From positions 70,202 to 134,201 of the forward strand of contig PWHR01000020.1 of NCBI GenBank assembly GCA_003554965.1: a DNA stretch of 64,000 bases. The letters run 5' to 3'. Below, one piece after another: positions 10,258 through 19,461 of the stretch; within the stretch, counting starts at the first letter, position 1; every line of letters begins with the position of its first letter. The position numbers and the translations under genes were made by a program. The notes beneath the pieces were generated by a model, which saw nothing but the letters and a program-made list of their open reading frames with translations, ran no database searches and was not told the origin of the DNA. Origin of the DNA: Thermoplasmata archaeon (GTDB taxonomy: Archaea; Thermoplasmatota; Thermoplasmata; Halarchaeoplasmatales; Halarchaeoplasmataceae).

Positions 10258-11937
10258 ATGAAATCCGATGTAGAGATAGCACAGGAGGCTGAATTAGAAA
10301 ATATCAGTGATGTAGCTCAAAAGGTGGGGTTGACAGAAAAGGAGATAGAACCAAGAGGTGATCACAAGGCAAAATTGAGTTTGAAGGCGGTCAAAAAGTA
10401 CAGAGAAGTAGGGGAAGATAACAGCAGCAATCTCGTATTGGTGACGACAATGACCCCAACAAGGGGTGGAGAGGGGAAGACCACTATCACTATCGGTCTA
10501 GCCCAGGCTCTTTGGCAGTTAAATGAAAAGGCGATGCTCGGTATCAGAGAACCCTCGATCGGGCCGACCATGGGGATAAAAGGGGGTGCCGCTGGTGGAG
10601 GCTATTCACAGGTCTTACCGATGGAAGATATAAATCTTCATTTCACCGGTGATCTCCATGCGATAACCATCGCGCATAATCTTGTAGGTGCGGTGATAAA
10701 CAACCATATGCACAGAGGGAACGAGATGAATATAGACCCTCGAAAGATCGTCTGGCCTAGAGTGATGGACATGAACGATCGGGCCCTGAGGAATACTGTT
10801 ATCGGACTAGGTGGGAAAAGCGATGGTATGCCTCACGAGAATTCTTTCGGTATAACCGCATCTTCAGAGGTTATGGCCGTACTTTGCTTGGCCGAGAGTA
10901 TAACCGAACTGAAGGAAAGATTGAGCAACATCGTGGTTGCTTATACTCATGAAAATGAACCCGTCTTCCTGGAAGACTTCGAGTGTGTAGGGGCTATGGC
11001 CTCACTATTGAAGCACGCTATCAAACCTAATCTTGTACAGACGATAGAAGGTGTGCCCGCCTTCGTTCATGGAGGGCCTTTCGCCAATATAGCCCACGGA
11101 ACTAGCAGCCTCATCTCTACAAAGATAGGCATGGGTTTATCTGATTATTTTATAACTGAAGCCGGCTTCGGATCTGATCTAGGAGCGGAAAAATTCTTCA
11201 ACGTTGTCTGCAGAGAAGGTGATCTAAAACCTGATGTCGCGGTGATGGTGGCTACGGTGAGAGCTCTGAAGCGGCAGGGAGGCGTATCTAGAAAGGACCT
11301 AGATGAAGAAAATCTTGAAGCCATGAAAGAGGGGCTGGCCAATCTAGATAAGCACCTGAGAAATATACAGATGTTTGGAGTGCCTGTGGTAGTAGCGATA
11401 AACAGGTTTGAACAGGATACTGAAAAAGAGATCAAATATCTGAAAGAGCTCTGTGAAAATATAGAGGTGCCCCATGCAGTTGTCGAGGTCCATCAGAAAG
11501 GAGGCAAAGGAGGGATAGGATTGGCCGAAGAAGTGATGGAGATATGCGGCGAAAAAAAGAGTGATTTCAGACCTCTCTATTCGCTGAGTGAATCCCCAAA
11601 GGAGAAAATATATGATATAGCAACAAAGATATACGGTGCTAAAGACGTTGTCTACACTCCGGAAGCCGAAAGAGACCTTCGGAGGATCAAAAGGATGGGT
11701 TTCGATGATCTTCCCATATGCGTCTCTAAAACACACTATTCGCTCTCGGACGACAGGTCCCTAAGAGGAAGACCTAAAGGTTTCAAAATAAAGATAAGAA
11801 AGTTAAGATTGAATTCAGGAGCTGGTTTCTTGATCCCGATGGCGGGAGATATAACCACTATGCCCGGTCTGCCTAAGAGACCAGCAGCTATGGATATAGA
11901 TATAGACGAAGATGGTTATATCACCGGGCTTTTCTGA
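10258..11937 (+). CDS. fhs: Formate--tetrahydrofolate ligase
   Basis: TPTRGGEGKTT, GIKGGAAGGGYSQV, HGGPFANIAHG, TEAGFGSDLGAEKF and MPGLPKRP motifs. Confidence 0.96.
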   Translation: MKSDVEIAQEAELENISDVAQKVGLTEKEIEPRGDHKAKLSLKAVKKYREVGEDNSSNLVLVTTMTPTRGGEGKTTITIGLAQALWQLNEKAMLGIREPSIGPTMGIKGGAAGGGYSQVLPMEDINLHFTGDLHAITIAHNLVGAVINNHMHRGNEMNIDPRKIVWPRVMDMNDRALRNTVIGLGGKSDGMPHENSFGITASSEVMAVLCLAESITELKERLSNIVVAYTHENEPVFLEDFECVGAMASLLKHAIKPNLVQTIEGVPAFVHGGPFANIAHGTSSLISTKIGMGLSDYFITEAGFGSDLGAEKFFNVVCREGDLKPDVAVMVATVRALKRQGGVSRKDLDEENLEAMKEGLANLDKHLRNIQMFGVPVVVAINRFEQDTEKEIKYLKELCENIEVPHAVVEVHQKGGKGGIGLAEEVMEICGEKKSDFRPLYSLSESPKEKIYDIATKIYGAKDVVYTPEAERDLRRIKRMGFDDLPICVSKTHYSLSDDRSLRGRPKGFKIKIRKLRLNSGAGFLIPMAGDITTMPGLPKRPAAMDIDIDEDGYITGLF

Positions 11938-11950
11938 GAGATGAGATAAT

Positions 11951-12625
11951 ATGAGAGTAGAATTGATCAACTATACCCCCGAACCGGATAGAAGTTCTGC
12001 ACATGCAGCCCTTACCTGCTACAGTGAAGAGGTGCCCAAAAAAGAGGAATTGGGAGAGGAAAAGATAGAAGAGATACTTGATAAGATAAAAGAGAGCGGT
12101 CACCACAGCGTTATCGAGCACGCTTCTTTTACTTTCGCTATCCATGATGTCTCTAGATCGTTGACTCATCAACTGGTCAGACACAGATTGGCCTCATACA
12201 GCCAGCAGAGCCAGCGGTACGTTGACATAGAAGACTTCGATCCTGTCATTCCGGACTCTATAAGAGAAAACGATAGAGCCGAAAAGATATTTCAGGATCT
12301 TATGGAGAACATACAGGAAGCATATATAGATTTGAAGGAAAAAGAGGAGGTGCCTCTAGAAGATGCTAGATATGTTCTCCCCAACGCCACTAGAAGCAAT
12401 ATCATCGTGACGATGAACGCTAGAGAACTATGGCACTTCTTTTCGCTGCGCTGCTGTAAAAGGGCTCAATGGGAGATAAGGGATATGGCGAACATGATGC
12501 TGAAACTGGTGAAGGAAAAAGCACCATTGATATTCGAAGGAGCTGGAGCCCCCTGCGTAAGAGGTCCCTGCCCAGAGAGCGAGGAATTCTTCTGCGGAGA
12601 ACCGATAAGCGCGGATGATAAATAA
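11951..12625 (+). CDS. thyX: FAD-dependent thymidylate synthase
   Basis: GHHSVIEH, RHR-x7-SQRY ThyX motif, EDARYVLP and AQWEIR. Confidence 0.95.
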   Translation: MRVELINYTPEPDRSSAHAALTCYSEEVPKKEELGEEKIEEILDKIKESGHHSVIEHASFTFAIHDVSRSLTHQLVRHRLASYSQQSQRYVDIEDFDPVIPDSIRENDRAEKIFQDLMENIQEAYIDLKEKEEVPLEDARYVLPNATRSNIIVTMNARELWHFFSLRCCKRAQWEIRDMANMMLKLVKEKAPLIFEGAGAPCVRGPCPESEEFFCGEPISADDK

Positions 12626-12653
12626 AAGTCCATCAAGACAAAAATTTTATATC

Positions 12654-12673
12654 TTACGATGTGCATATTGTAA
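12654..12673. promoter_or_regulatory. Imperfect palindrome between TATA box and start codon; candidate autoregulatory operator
   Basis: TTACGATGTGCATATTGTAA directly after TTTTATAT and just before the ATG at 12678. Confidence 0.45.
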
Positions 12674-12677
12674 AACA

Positions 12678-13184
12678 ATGATCGTGGTTAAAGACGCAAT
12701 GGTATTGATCCATCTAGCAAAATTATCTTTACTCCGGACTTCTTGTGAGGCATTAGGGGAAATAGTAATCCCCAAAAAGATTGAAAAAGAAACCGTTGAA
12801 AGAGGTAAACAAAAAAATCATCCTGATGCAATTTTGATCGAAGAACTGATAGAAAATAACACGATAGAGGTCAATAAAGTGAAAAACAAAAAACTTATCA
12901 AGAGAGCAAAGGATTTTAACATCCAGGGAGGGGAGGCCGAGGCTGTTGCCCTCTACTGGGAAAAAAATGCGGACTATCTAGCAACTGACGATGATAATGT
13001 TAGAACCAAAAGAAAACTTTTAGATTTGGATCTCATCAGTACGATTTCCATTCTAATAAATTTATTTAAAGATGAGGAGATTGGTAGGAATAAATTAGAG
13101 GAATCTTTAAAAATGCTGAATGAGATAGGATGGTTCAGTACGGCCGTATTAGATAGAGCAAAAATGGAGGTTGGGTTGATATGA
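12678..13184 (+). CDS. PIN-like domain protein (DUF3368/COG2405 family)
   Basis: MIVVKDA..LI.L, GEAEAVALY and LATDD PIN acidic motifs. Start moved to ATG 12678, downstream of the TATA box. Confidence 0.75.
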   Translation: MIVVKDAMVLIHLAKLSLLRTSCEALGEIVIPKKIEKETVERGKQKNHPDAILIEELIENNTIEVNKVKNKKLIKRAKDFNIQGGEAEAVALYWEKNADYLATDDDNVRTKRKLLDLDLISTISILINLFKDEEIGRNKLEESLKMLNEIGWFSTAVLDRAKMEVGLI

Positions 13185-13480
13185 AAACTTCTATAGGTAT
13201 AAGACTTGATGAAGAATTCATAGAAAAACTAGATTCTTTAGGTGAGAAAGAAAAAGTAGATAGATCTACGATGATCAGAAAAATCCTTGAGAGAGGATAC
13301 AAGGAGTACTTAAAGGAAAGATCCTCCGATAAATATCGGAAAGGCGAAGTGACTATCAGTAAGGCGGCTGAACTAGCGGAAACTACGGTGTGGGAGATGG
13401 AAAAATATCTTGTGGAGAGAGGATACGTTTCAGAATACTCGATAAAAGACCTGAAAAGCGAGTTGGAGATGCTGGAATAA
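13181..13480 (+). CDS. RHH / UPF0175 family protein (putative antitoxin)
   Basis: N-terminal ribbon-helix-helix (TSIGIRLDEE...DRSTMIRKIL) and Y..G.VTISKAAELA motif. ATGA-coupled to the PIN gene. Confidence 0.78.
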   Translation: MKTSIGIRLDEEFIEKLDSLGEKEKVDRSTMIRKILERGYKEYLKERSSDKYRKGEVTISKAAELAETTVWEMEKYLVERGYVSEYSIKDLKSELEMLE

Positions 13481-13588
13481 CTTAAAAGCATATTTTTATC
13501 TCAGTTCACAAAAGATTAGAAAAGAAAAACCGGGTAGACAAAATTTATTATCCTACAGTCCTATATGGTCTGTAAAGGAGGTAAGAAT

Positions 13589-13723
13589 ATGCCGCTAGAC
13601 TCGCAGAGATGCCACTTCTGTGGCAATTGGACAAAAAATTATAGAAAAGTAGGGGACAAAAGCTTCTGTAAAGATTGTGTGAACGACCTTATGGAGTTGG
13701 TCCGGGATGAATTAGAAAGCTGA
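13589..13723 (+). CDS. 44-aa CxxC...CxxC zinc-finger microprotein (below ORF-track cutoff)
   Basis: MPLDSQRCHFCGNWTKNYRKVGDKSFCKDCVNDLMELVRDELES*, preceded by a strong AGGAGGT SD and a TATA-like TTTATTA. Confidence 0.75.
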   Translation: MPLDSQRCHFCGNWTKNYRKVGDKSFCKDCVNDLMELVRDELES

Positions 13724-13744
13724 GATATATCTTTCCCTCACAAA

Positions 13745-14602
13745 TCAAACATCAATCTCCACCCCATAAACCCTTTCAGGATTTTCTTTATGTATCTTCC
13801 AGATGTCTTCCTTACTCAGCACCTCTTTCTCTAAAAGCTGTCTTGTCTTTTTTGGAACGTTCTTGATCCCTAAAACCGCTCCCGGTCTTTTTGGATCATC
13901 CAGATAATCCGTTTCCAGCATGAATCTGGTGCTTTTACCTATTGCCTCTTCTATATTATCCTCGTTGGCAAGTACCGATGGAAACAGTCCTTTGATTTCT
14001 TTTTTCGTGATCAGAGGAGGAGAATAATGCTTCACCACTTTATACCTATCTAATCCTACTTCATCAGCCATCTTTCCGATCTCTTCACAGACCCTTGGAG
14101 TGGTACTTTCTGTATGAAGGACCACCGGACAGTTCAGATCAGATGCGAGTTCCATCCCATACTTCATAACTCTGTTGGAAGCCTCTAGTAGTTCCTTAGA
14201 AACGTCGAAGTGAGGTCTACCTATCTCCCCAAGAGCCACGGCTTTCCCATTCTCAACGTATTCCGCCGCTAGATCCATCCCCTCCTTCAAAATATCTTCC
14301 GCCCTGTCCAAGCCTACTTCATCACTTAGCTGAACCATATCCACGGGATAAGGACCTAAAGTTACGAATACCTCTACAGAAGTCTCTTCCATGCTTTTTT
14401 CCGCCAATTTTAAGGTCCTCTCGTAGATAGGTTCATAACCATTTTTGTTCCACTCTCTGAGATCGTGGTACGGCAGATGTGAAAGTACGAGATGCGTGCC
14501 TCCCGCTCTTTCAAACCTTTTCACCGCTTCAACATTATCTCCCTGTTCCTGTAGATGGATATGGTTGTCCATGATCGGAAAGTTTTCGCCATTCAGTTCC
14601 AT
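13745..14602 (-). CDS. TatD-related amidohydrolase-superfamily metallohydrolase
   Basis: DNHIH, GEIGRPHF, LHTES, KHYS and LETDYLDDPKRPGAVLG motifs. Confidence 0.85.
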   Translation of the reverse strand: MELNGENFPIMDNHIHLQEQGDNVEAVKRFERAGGTHLVLSHLPYHDLREWNKNGYEPIYERTLKLAEKSMEETSVEVFVTLGPYPVDMVQLSDEVGLDRAEDILKEGMDLAAEYVENGKAVALGEIGRPHFDVSKELLEASNRVMKYGMELASDLNCPVVLHTESTTPRVCEEIGKMADEVGLDRYKVVKHYSPPLITKKEIKGLFPSVLANEDNIEEAIGKSTRFMLETDYLDDPKRPGAVLGIKNVPKKTRQLLEKEVLSKEDIWKIHKENPERVYGVEIDV

Positions 14603-14694
14603 GGTCTCTCATCACTATCTATCAGTCCTATTAAATTGTTTTACCTCTTGAAAAAACAAAAGCTTAAAAAGCAGAAGTCTGTTCAGGGAAAAAC

Positions 14695-15843
14695 GTGATA
14701 GATGTAGCAGTCGTTGGAGGAGGCCCCGTCGGACTGAGGATTGCAGGAAGAGCCGCTTCGAAGGGTCACGAGGTGACGGTCCTAGAGAAGAATAAAGTGA
14801 TAGGTAAGCCGGTGCAGTGTGCCGGGATAGTAAGCCCAAGAGTTATCTCATTGACCGACACCGATAGTGTTATATCGGAACCTGAAAAAGCCATAGTCCA
14901 TTCTCCTTCTGGAAATGAATTGGCTATCAGGGCAAAAAATGGTCAGGCCGTCATCATAGATAGAGCAAGATTTGATAGGGAACTTGCAGAAAAAGCGGTG
15001 AGAGCCGGAGCAAAAGTAGAACTCAACGCTAATGTGAAAAGAGTAGAAAAGAAAGATAACGGGGAAAGAAAGATTTGCTTCTCAAAAGAAGGTGCTGAAA
15101 AAACATTAACACCTAAGATCGTGATAGGAGCTGATGGACCCGGTTCAATAGTTAGAAAATCGGAAGATTTTCCATCCCCTAAGGAGGTGCTTCCCGCGGT
15201 CCAAGCGATCGTAGGAGAAGAAGAAAAAGAGGTCCATATCCATTTAGGAAACGATCTAGCTCCGGGCTTCTTCTTGTGGGAAGTCCCTTACAGTACCGGC
15301 AAATTGGTCGGTCTCGCCAGTAACGATGGGAAAACGTTTGAACATCTGATGAATTTTTTACGATCAAAAGGTCTTGAAAACAAGATCATGGGTTTTCTCT
15401 CTGGAACTATCCCTCTTGGAGTGATGGTCGAGAGTGTGAAGTCTGGCCTCCTGTTAGTAGGAGACTCGGCCTGCCAGGTAAAACCTATGTCCGGTGGAGG
15501 GATCTATTTTGGTTTGAAAGCTGCCGACATATGTTCTGAAGTGGTGCTAGATGCTCTTGAGAAAGATGATGCATCTAAAAGAAGATTGTCAGAGTACCAT
15601 GAACGGTGGTGGGATGAGATAGGAAAGAACATAAGAAGGGGGATGAGAGCGAGAAAGGTGTTCAAGAAACTTTCTGATAAGGATATAGATACCTTTATAG
15701 AAATACTACAGAAGGACAAAGCTAAACGCGTGATAGAAGAAAAAGGAGATATAGACAATCCTTCAAGGCTTGTCAAACCTCTTCTTAAAACTTCACCTGA
15801 GCTACTTAAACTTACTGGACCACTTATCAAAAGCCTTTTCTAA
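14695..15843 (+). CDS. Geranylgeranyl reductase family (digeranylgeranylglycerophospholipid reductase-like)
   Basis: GGGPVG, PVQCAG, DRARFD, GADG and GDSACQVKPMSGGGI motifs. Confidence 0.85.
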   Translation: MIDVAVVGGGPVGLRIAGRAASKGHEVTVLEKNKVIGKPVQCAGIVSPRVISLTDTDSVISEPEKAIVHSPSGNELAIRAKNGQAVIIDRARFDRELAEKAVRAGAKVELNANVKRVEKKDNGERKICFSKEGAEKTLTPKIVIGADGPGSIVRKSEDFPSPKEVLPAVQAIVGEEEKEVHIHLGNDLAPGFFLWEVPYSTGKLVGLASNDGKTFEHLMNFLRSKGLENKIMGFLSGTIPLGVMVESVKSGLLLVGDSACQVKPMSGGGIYFGLKAADICSEVVLDALEKDDASKRRLSEYHERWWDEIGKNIRRGMRARKVFKKLSDKDIDTFIEILQKDKAKRVIEEKGDIDNPSRLVKPLLKTSPELLKLTGPLIKSLF

Positions 15844-16572
15844 GCGGGGAAACATATCGTATTTTTCCTGAAGATAGAATATGACCGCTAATGTGCCGAA
15901 TATCACGGAAACGACTCCAAGAAAATATTGGATCCATCCTGGCAGGGTTCTTCGGACCGCAAAGGAACTGTCCGGGAGTAATCCACTGACGTTCAACTGT
16001 TCGATATCTATCCTACCCGTCTCGAACTCCTCATCGGGATCTTCGTCCATTCCAGCATCATCCAACTCCTGATCTGTGAAGTGACCTACCGATTTCATCA
16101 AGTGTTCTTCATCTTCATATTCGAAGTCCAATCTGAATTTTACCAGATAGGTGCCTTCTTCAGTTTCACTAGCGGTCTCTATGTTTAATTCTTCGGATTC
16201 TTTTTCTCCGCTAGAGATGCCCTCATATTGCAGGGTGATATTCACCGTGCCGCTCTCAGTAAAAACAGGCGGGTTTTCAACTTCTGAGATGTTCTTCTCT
16301 ACATCGGTGTACTCTAACCTATAGATGCTCAGGGTGAGATCTACATCTTCCATCGAATCCTCATAGGGGTTATAAAGGCTGAACTGGAAGTAGTCTGACT
16401 CACCAGGATCTATTTTCGGGGTGTCGATATCGTCTTCGTCGATTATCTGATTCACTTTTCCTGGATCCTCTATATAGCGCTCTTCTGCGTTCCCCTGAAA
16501 GGTGAAGGCGCTCATGGACATAAGGATGACCGCTGCGAGCAGGACCAAAACCCAGCTGAGTTGGCTTTTCAT
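15802..16572 (-). CDS. Hypothetical membrane-anchored acidic surface protein
   Basis: From ATG 16572: hydrophobic signal peptide, acidic beta-rich region, single C-terminal TM helix (WIQYFLGVVSVIFGTLAVIFYL). Confidence 0.65.
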   Translation of the reverse strand: MKSQLSWVLVLLAAVILMSMSAFTFQGNAEERYIEDPGKVNQIIDEDDIDTPKIDPGESDYFQFSLYNPYEDSMEDVDLTLSIYRLEYTDVEKNISEVENPPVFTESGTVNITLQYEGISSGEKESEELNIETASETEEGTYLVKFRLDFEYEDEEHLMKSVGHFTDQELDDAGMDEDPDEEFETGRIDIEQLNVSGLLPDSSFAVRRTLPGWIQYFLGVVSVIFGTLAVIFYLQEKYDMFPRLEKAFDKWSSKFK

Positions 16573-16635
16573 CAAAACGTGTTTACTCCCTATTGGTATA
16601 AAATACTTATGTGAGGAGCACCGATACAGGAACTG

Positions 16636-17637
16636 ATGGATAGAAAAGAAAGACCAGTGCTGCGGGTGCCCAAAAGGGAGGGACAAGAGCATCTAAAAAG
16701 ATTGAAAGAGGAAAACAGACTGGATCCTGAAAGGAAGATCAGTGAAGAAGGAGATGACCTTCTGATACCAGTGACAGAGGGGGGAAACGAAGAAAGATGT
16801 GACCTGGAAAAGAGAATTCCTTCAAATAAACCCCCTTTTCACCAAATAAAACAAAAGTTGGACTTGCCTGATGAGGAAAAGGAGAAACTACCGGACAGAT
16901 GGGAGATGATAGGTGAAGTACTCCTCATAAAGCTTCCCAAAGAACTACAATACAGAAAAGAAAGGATAGCCGAGGTATATGCTGAAAAGTTAGGTGCCAA
17001 AACAGTCATGCTTCAGGGGAGCATCGAGGGCAGAGTGAGGGAGCCAATTGTGGAGAAGATCTATGGTGAAGAAACAGAGACTGTTCACGTCGAGAACGAT
17101 GTGCTTTACAAGTTGGATACGGCGGAACTGATGTTCTCGAGCGGAAATATAGACGAGCGTATAAGGATAACTGAGAAAGTAAAAAGGAATGAGGTTATAG
17201 TGGACATGTTCGCAGGGATAGGTTATTTTTCTTTGCCGATGGCAGTCCACGGCGATCCAAAAAAGATCCATGCATTGGAGATCAACCCTAAAGCTTTCCG
17301 ATACTTACAGGAAAATATCGAGCTGAACGATGTTCAAGATACTGTGGAACCTGAACTCACGGACAACCGCGACTTTTCCTTCACCGGAGCGGACCGGGTG
17401 ATGATGGGATATCTAGACGAAACATGGAAGTATCTGGATAAAGCCGTCGGGTTCCTAGGTGAAGAAGGCACCATACATTATCACACGACCTGCAAAGATT
17501 CTGAGTATCCCGAGCAGGTAGAAAATGAACTGAAGGAGAATATCGAAGAGGACTTCAGTATCAGGGACCTGAGAGAGATCAAATCCTACGCCCCTCACGT
17601 TTTTCATGTCGTGGCTACGGTCAGAATCGAGAAATGA
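16636..17637 (+). CDS. Trm5/Taw2 (Met-10+) family SAM-dependent tRNA modification enzyme
   Basis: HVEN...YKLD...MFSSGNIDER, VDMFAGIGYF, EINP, ADRVMMG and KSYAPHVFH motifs. Confidence 0.85.
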   Translation: MDRKERPVLRVPKREGQEHLKRLKEENRLDPERKISEEGDDLLIPVTEGGNEERCDLEKRIPSNKPPFHQIKQKLDLPDEEKEKLPDRWEMIGEVLLIKLPKELQYRKERIAEVYAEKLGAKTVMLQGSIEGRVREPIVEKIYGEETETVHVENDVLYKLDTAELMFSSGNIDERIRITEKVKRNEVIVDMFAGIGYFSLPMAVHGDPKKIHALEINPKAFRYLQENIELNDVQDTVEPELTDNRDFSFTGADRVMMGYLDETWKYLDKAVGFLGEEGTIHYHTTCKDSEYPEQVENELKENIEEDFSIRDLREIKSYAPHVFHVVATVRIEK

Positions 17638-17673
17638 AGGTTTAATTCCTGCTTATCGGGAACATAATTTTTA

Positions 17674-17695
17674 AATACACATACGTACATGTATT
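17674..17695. promoter_or_regulatory. Palindromic candidate operator of vapBC overlapping the TATA box
   Basis: AATACA-CA-TACGTA-CA-TGTATT between TTTAAATA and the ATG at 17699 (leaderless geometry). Confidence 0.55.
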
Positions 17696-17698
17696 ATT

Positions 17699-17941
17699 AT
17701 GGCGTCTAAAACTATAACCATCTCCGAGGAAGCTTATGAACGCTTGAAGTCGAGAAAAAAGGAAAATGAAAGTTTCACTAACGTTATCAATAAGCTCACT
17801 AGAGAGAGATCCTTGACCGAAATTGCCGGTATATTGTCTGAAGATGAAGCTGATAGATTGGAAGAAAGGATCAAGGAAAGAAGAGATGAAACAAGAGCTA
17901 GGATGGACGATCTCAAGGAGAGGATGAAAGATGCTGGCTGA
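17699..17941 (+). CDS. vapB: VapB-family antitoxin
   Basis: KTITISEEAYERLK..K.ENESFT.VI..L archaeal antitoxin signature; overlaps the downstream PIN gene. Confidence 0.85.
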   Translation: MASKTITISEEAYERLKSRKKENESFTNVINKLTRERSLTEIAGILSEDEADRLEERIKERRDETRARMDDLKERMKDAG

Positions 17942-18326
17942 TACCAGCTTCATCATAGATGTCATGAGAGGGGAAGAAAGCGCTCTTAAAAAGGTGGAAG
18001 AGTTGGAAGAAAAAGACAAGCTTCTGAACATCGCTTCCATCTCCTTTTTTGAGCTTTGCTCGGGTATAGAACAGTCAGATAAGCCGAAAGAAGAAAAGGA
18101 AAAGATCGAAGAAGTCTTGGGTTCTCGAACGGTCTACGATCTTGATCTTGGAGCGGCGGAAATAGGAGGGAGGATAGACGGTAAGCTCTGCAACGAAGGA
18201 AAAAAGGTAGAACCACAGGATTCTATGATCTCTGGCATCGCTATAAGAGAAAACGAAAAGATACTGACCCGGAACCTCGACCACTTCCGCCGGATCTCGG
18301 ATATATCCACACTCCAGATCGAATAG
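17931..18326 (+). CDS. vapC: VapC PIN-domain toxin
   Basis: DTSFIID, E, D.MI.GIA and LTRNLDHF PIN motifs. Confidence 0.9.
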   Translation: MLADTSFIIDVMRGEESALKKVEELEEKDKLLNIASISFFELCSGIEQSDKPKEEKEKIEEVLGSRTVYDLDLGAAEIGGRIDGKLCNEGKKVEPQDSMISGIAIRENEKILTRNLDHFRRISDISTLQIE

Positions 18327-18463
18327 ATTGACTCCACTGGATACAGAAATTTACGTTCCTCTCTATCATCCAAGGTAATAACCATTAAAAGAAGTACCAC
18401 ATTACGCTAACTAGATAAACGAAAAGTTATTTGTAGAATATACCACTTTATCACATAGGTAGC

Positions 18464-19459
18464 ATGAAGGAAGCCATGTTTTGGGAGGAAGGTAAAACTG
18501 GTGAAGTCGATTGCCATCTCTGTCCCCACCAATGTTCAATAAAGGAAGGAGAAAGAGGTCTATGCAATGTGAGGGAGAACAAGAAGGGTATTTTGTACTC
18601 GCTTATCTACGGCAAAGTGGCCTCATTAGCTAGGGATCCTATCGAAAAAAAGCCGCTTTATCACTTTCATCCGGGTACGCAGGTTTTATCTTACGGCACC
18701 ATGGGATGTAATTTTAAATGCAGATTCTGCCAGAACCAGTCTCTCTCCTGCGGTGATCCTGAAAGTCCATTCCTTAAAGAGTACTCTGTGAAAGACCTAG
18801 TCAAAGAAACGATGAATTATGAAGGTATCGCCTGGACTTATAACGAGCCCACTATCTCATATGAATTCAGTTACGACGTATTCAGAAGTGTGAAGGAAAA
18901 AGGGGATAGATACACCGTTTACGTCACCAACGGCTACATTGAAGAAAAACCGTTGAAAGAGATCGCACCTTACCTCGATGCGATGAACATTGATATCAAA
19001 GCATTCAACGAAAAGTTCTACAAAAAGATAGTAGGAGGAAGACTGAAACCAGTATTAGAAACGGCAAAAACTGCGGTGGAAATGGATATCCATGTGGAAG
19101 TGACTTATTTGATAGTACCAGAACACAACGATTCTAAAAAGGAACTGCGCCGTTTCTCTGAATGGGTCTTGAACAACCTTGGCGAAGACAACGTGGTTCA
19201 CTTCTCAAGATTCCATCCGGATCATGATATGAGAGATGTTCCCCCTACATCGAAGAAAAAGATGGAAGAAGCAAGAAAGATCGCTCATGATGCAGGATTG
19301 AACTTTGTCTACCTAGGAAATCTGCCGGCCGACAACGACACTAGCTGTCCGAACTGCGGGAAAACCATCCTTCCTAGATCATATTTCTCTTCAGGAAAGA
19401 TCAATCTCGAAGACGGGAAATGCCCCAGCTGTGGTAGAGATATCCCGATAATCACCTGA
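18464..19459 (+). CDS. amrS: AmmeMemoRadiSam system radical SAM enzyme
   Basis: CHLCPHQC, DPIEKKPLYHF, GCNFKCRFCQN (CxxxCxxC), TYNEP, SRFHP and C-terminal CPNC/CPSC. Confidence 0.88.
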   Translation: MKEAMFWEEGKTGEVDCHLCPHQCSIKEGERGLCNVRENKKGILYSLIYGKVASLARDPIEKKPLYHFHPGTQVLSYGTMGCNFKCRFCQNQSLSCGDPESPFLKEYSVKDLVKETMNYEGIAWTYNEPTISYEFSYDVFRSVKEKGDRYTVYVTNGYIEEKPLKEIAPYLDAMNIDIKAFNEKFYKKIVGGRLKPVLETAKTAVEMDIHVEVTYLIVPEHNDSKKELRRFSEWVLNNLGEDNVVHFSRFHPDHDMRDVPPTSKKKMEEARKIAHDAGLNFVYLGNLPADNDTSCPNCGKTILPRSYFSSGKINLEDGKCPSCGRDIPIIT

Positions 19460-19461
19460 AC

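Noticed and set aside
18464..19459. amrS as a hydrogenase maturase (HydE/HydG-like)
   Set aside because: Its motifs (DPIEKKPL, TYNEP) are those of the AmmeMemoRadiSam family, and it is transcribed separately from the hydrogenase operons.
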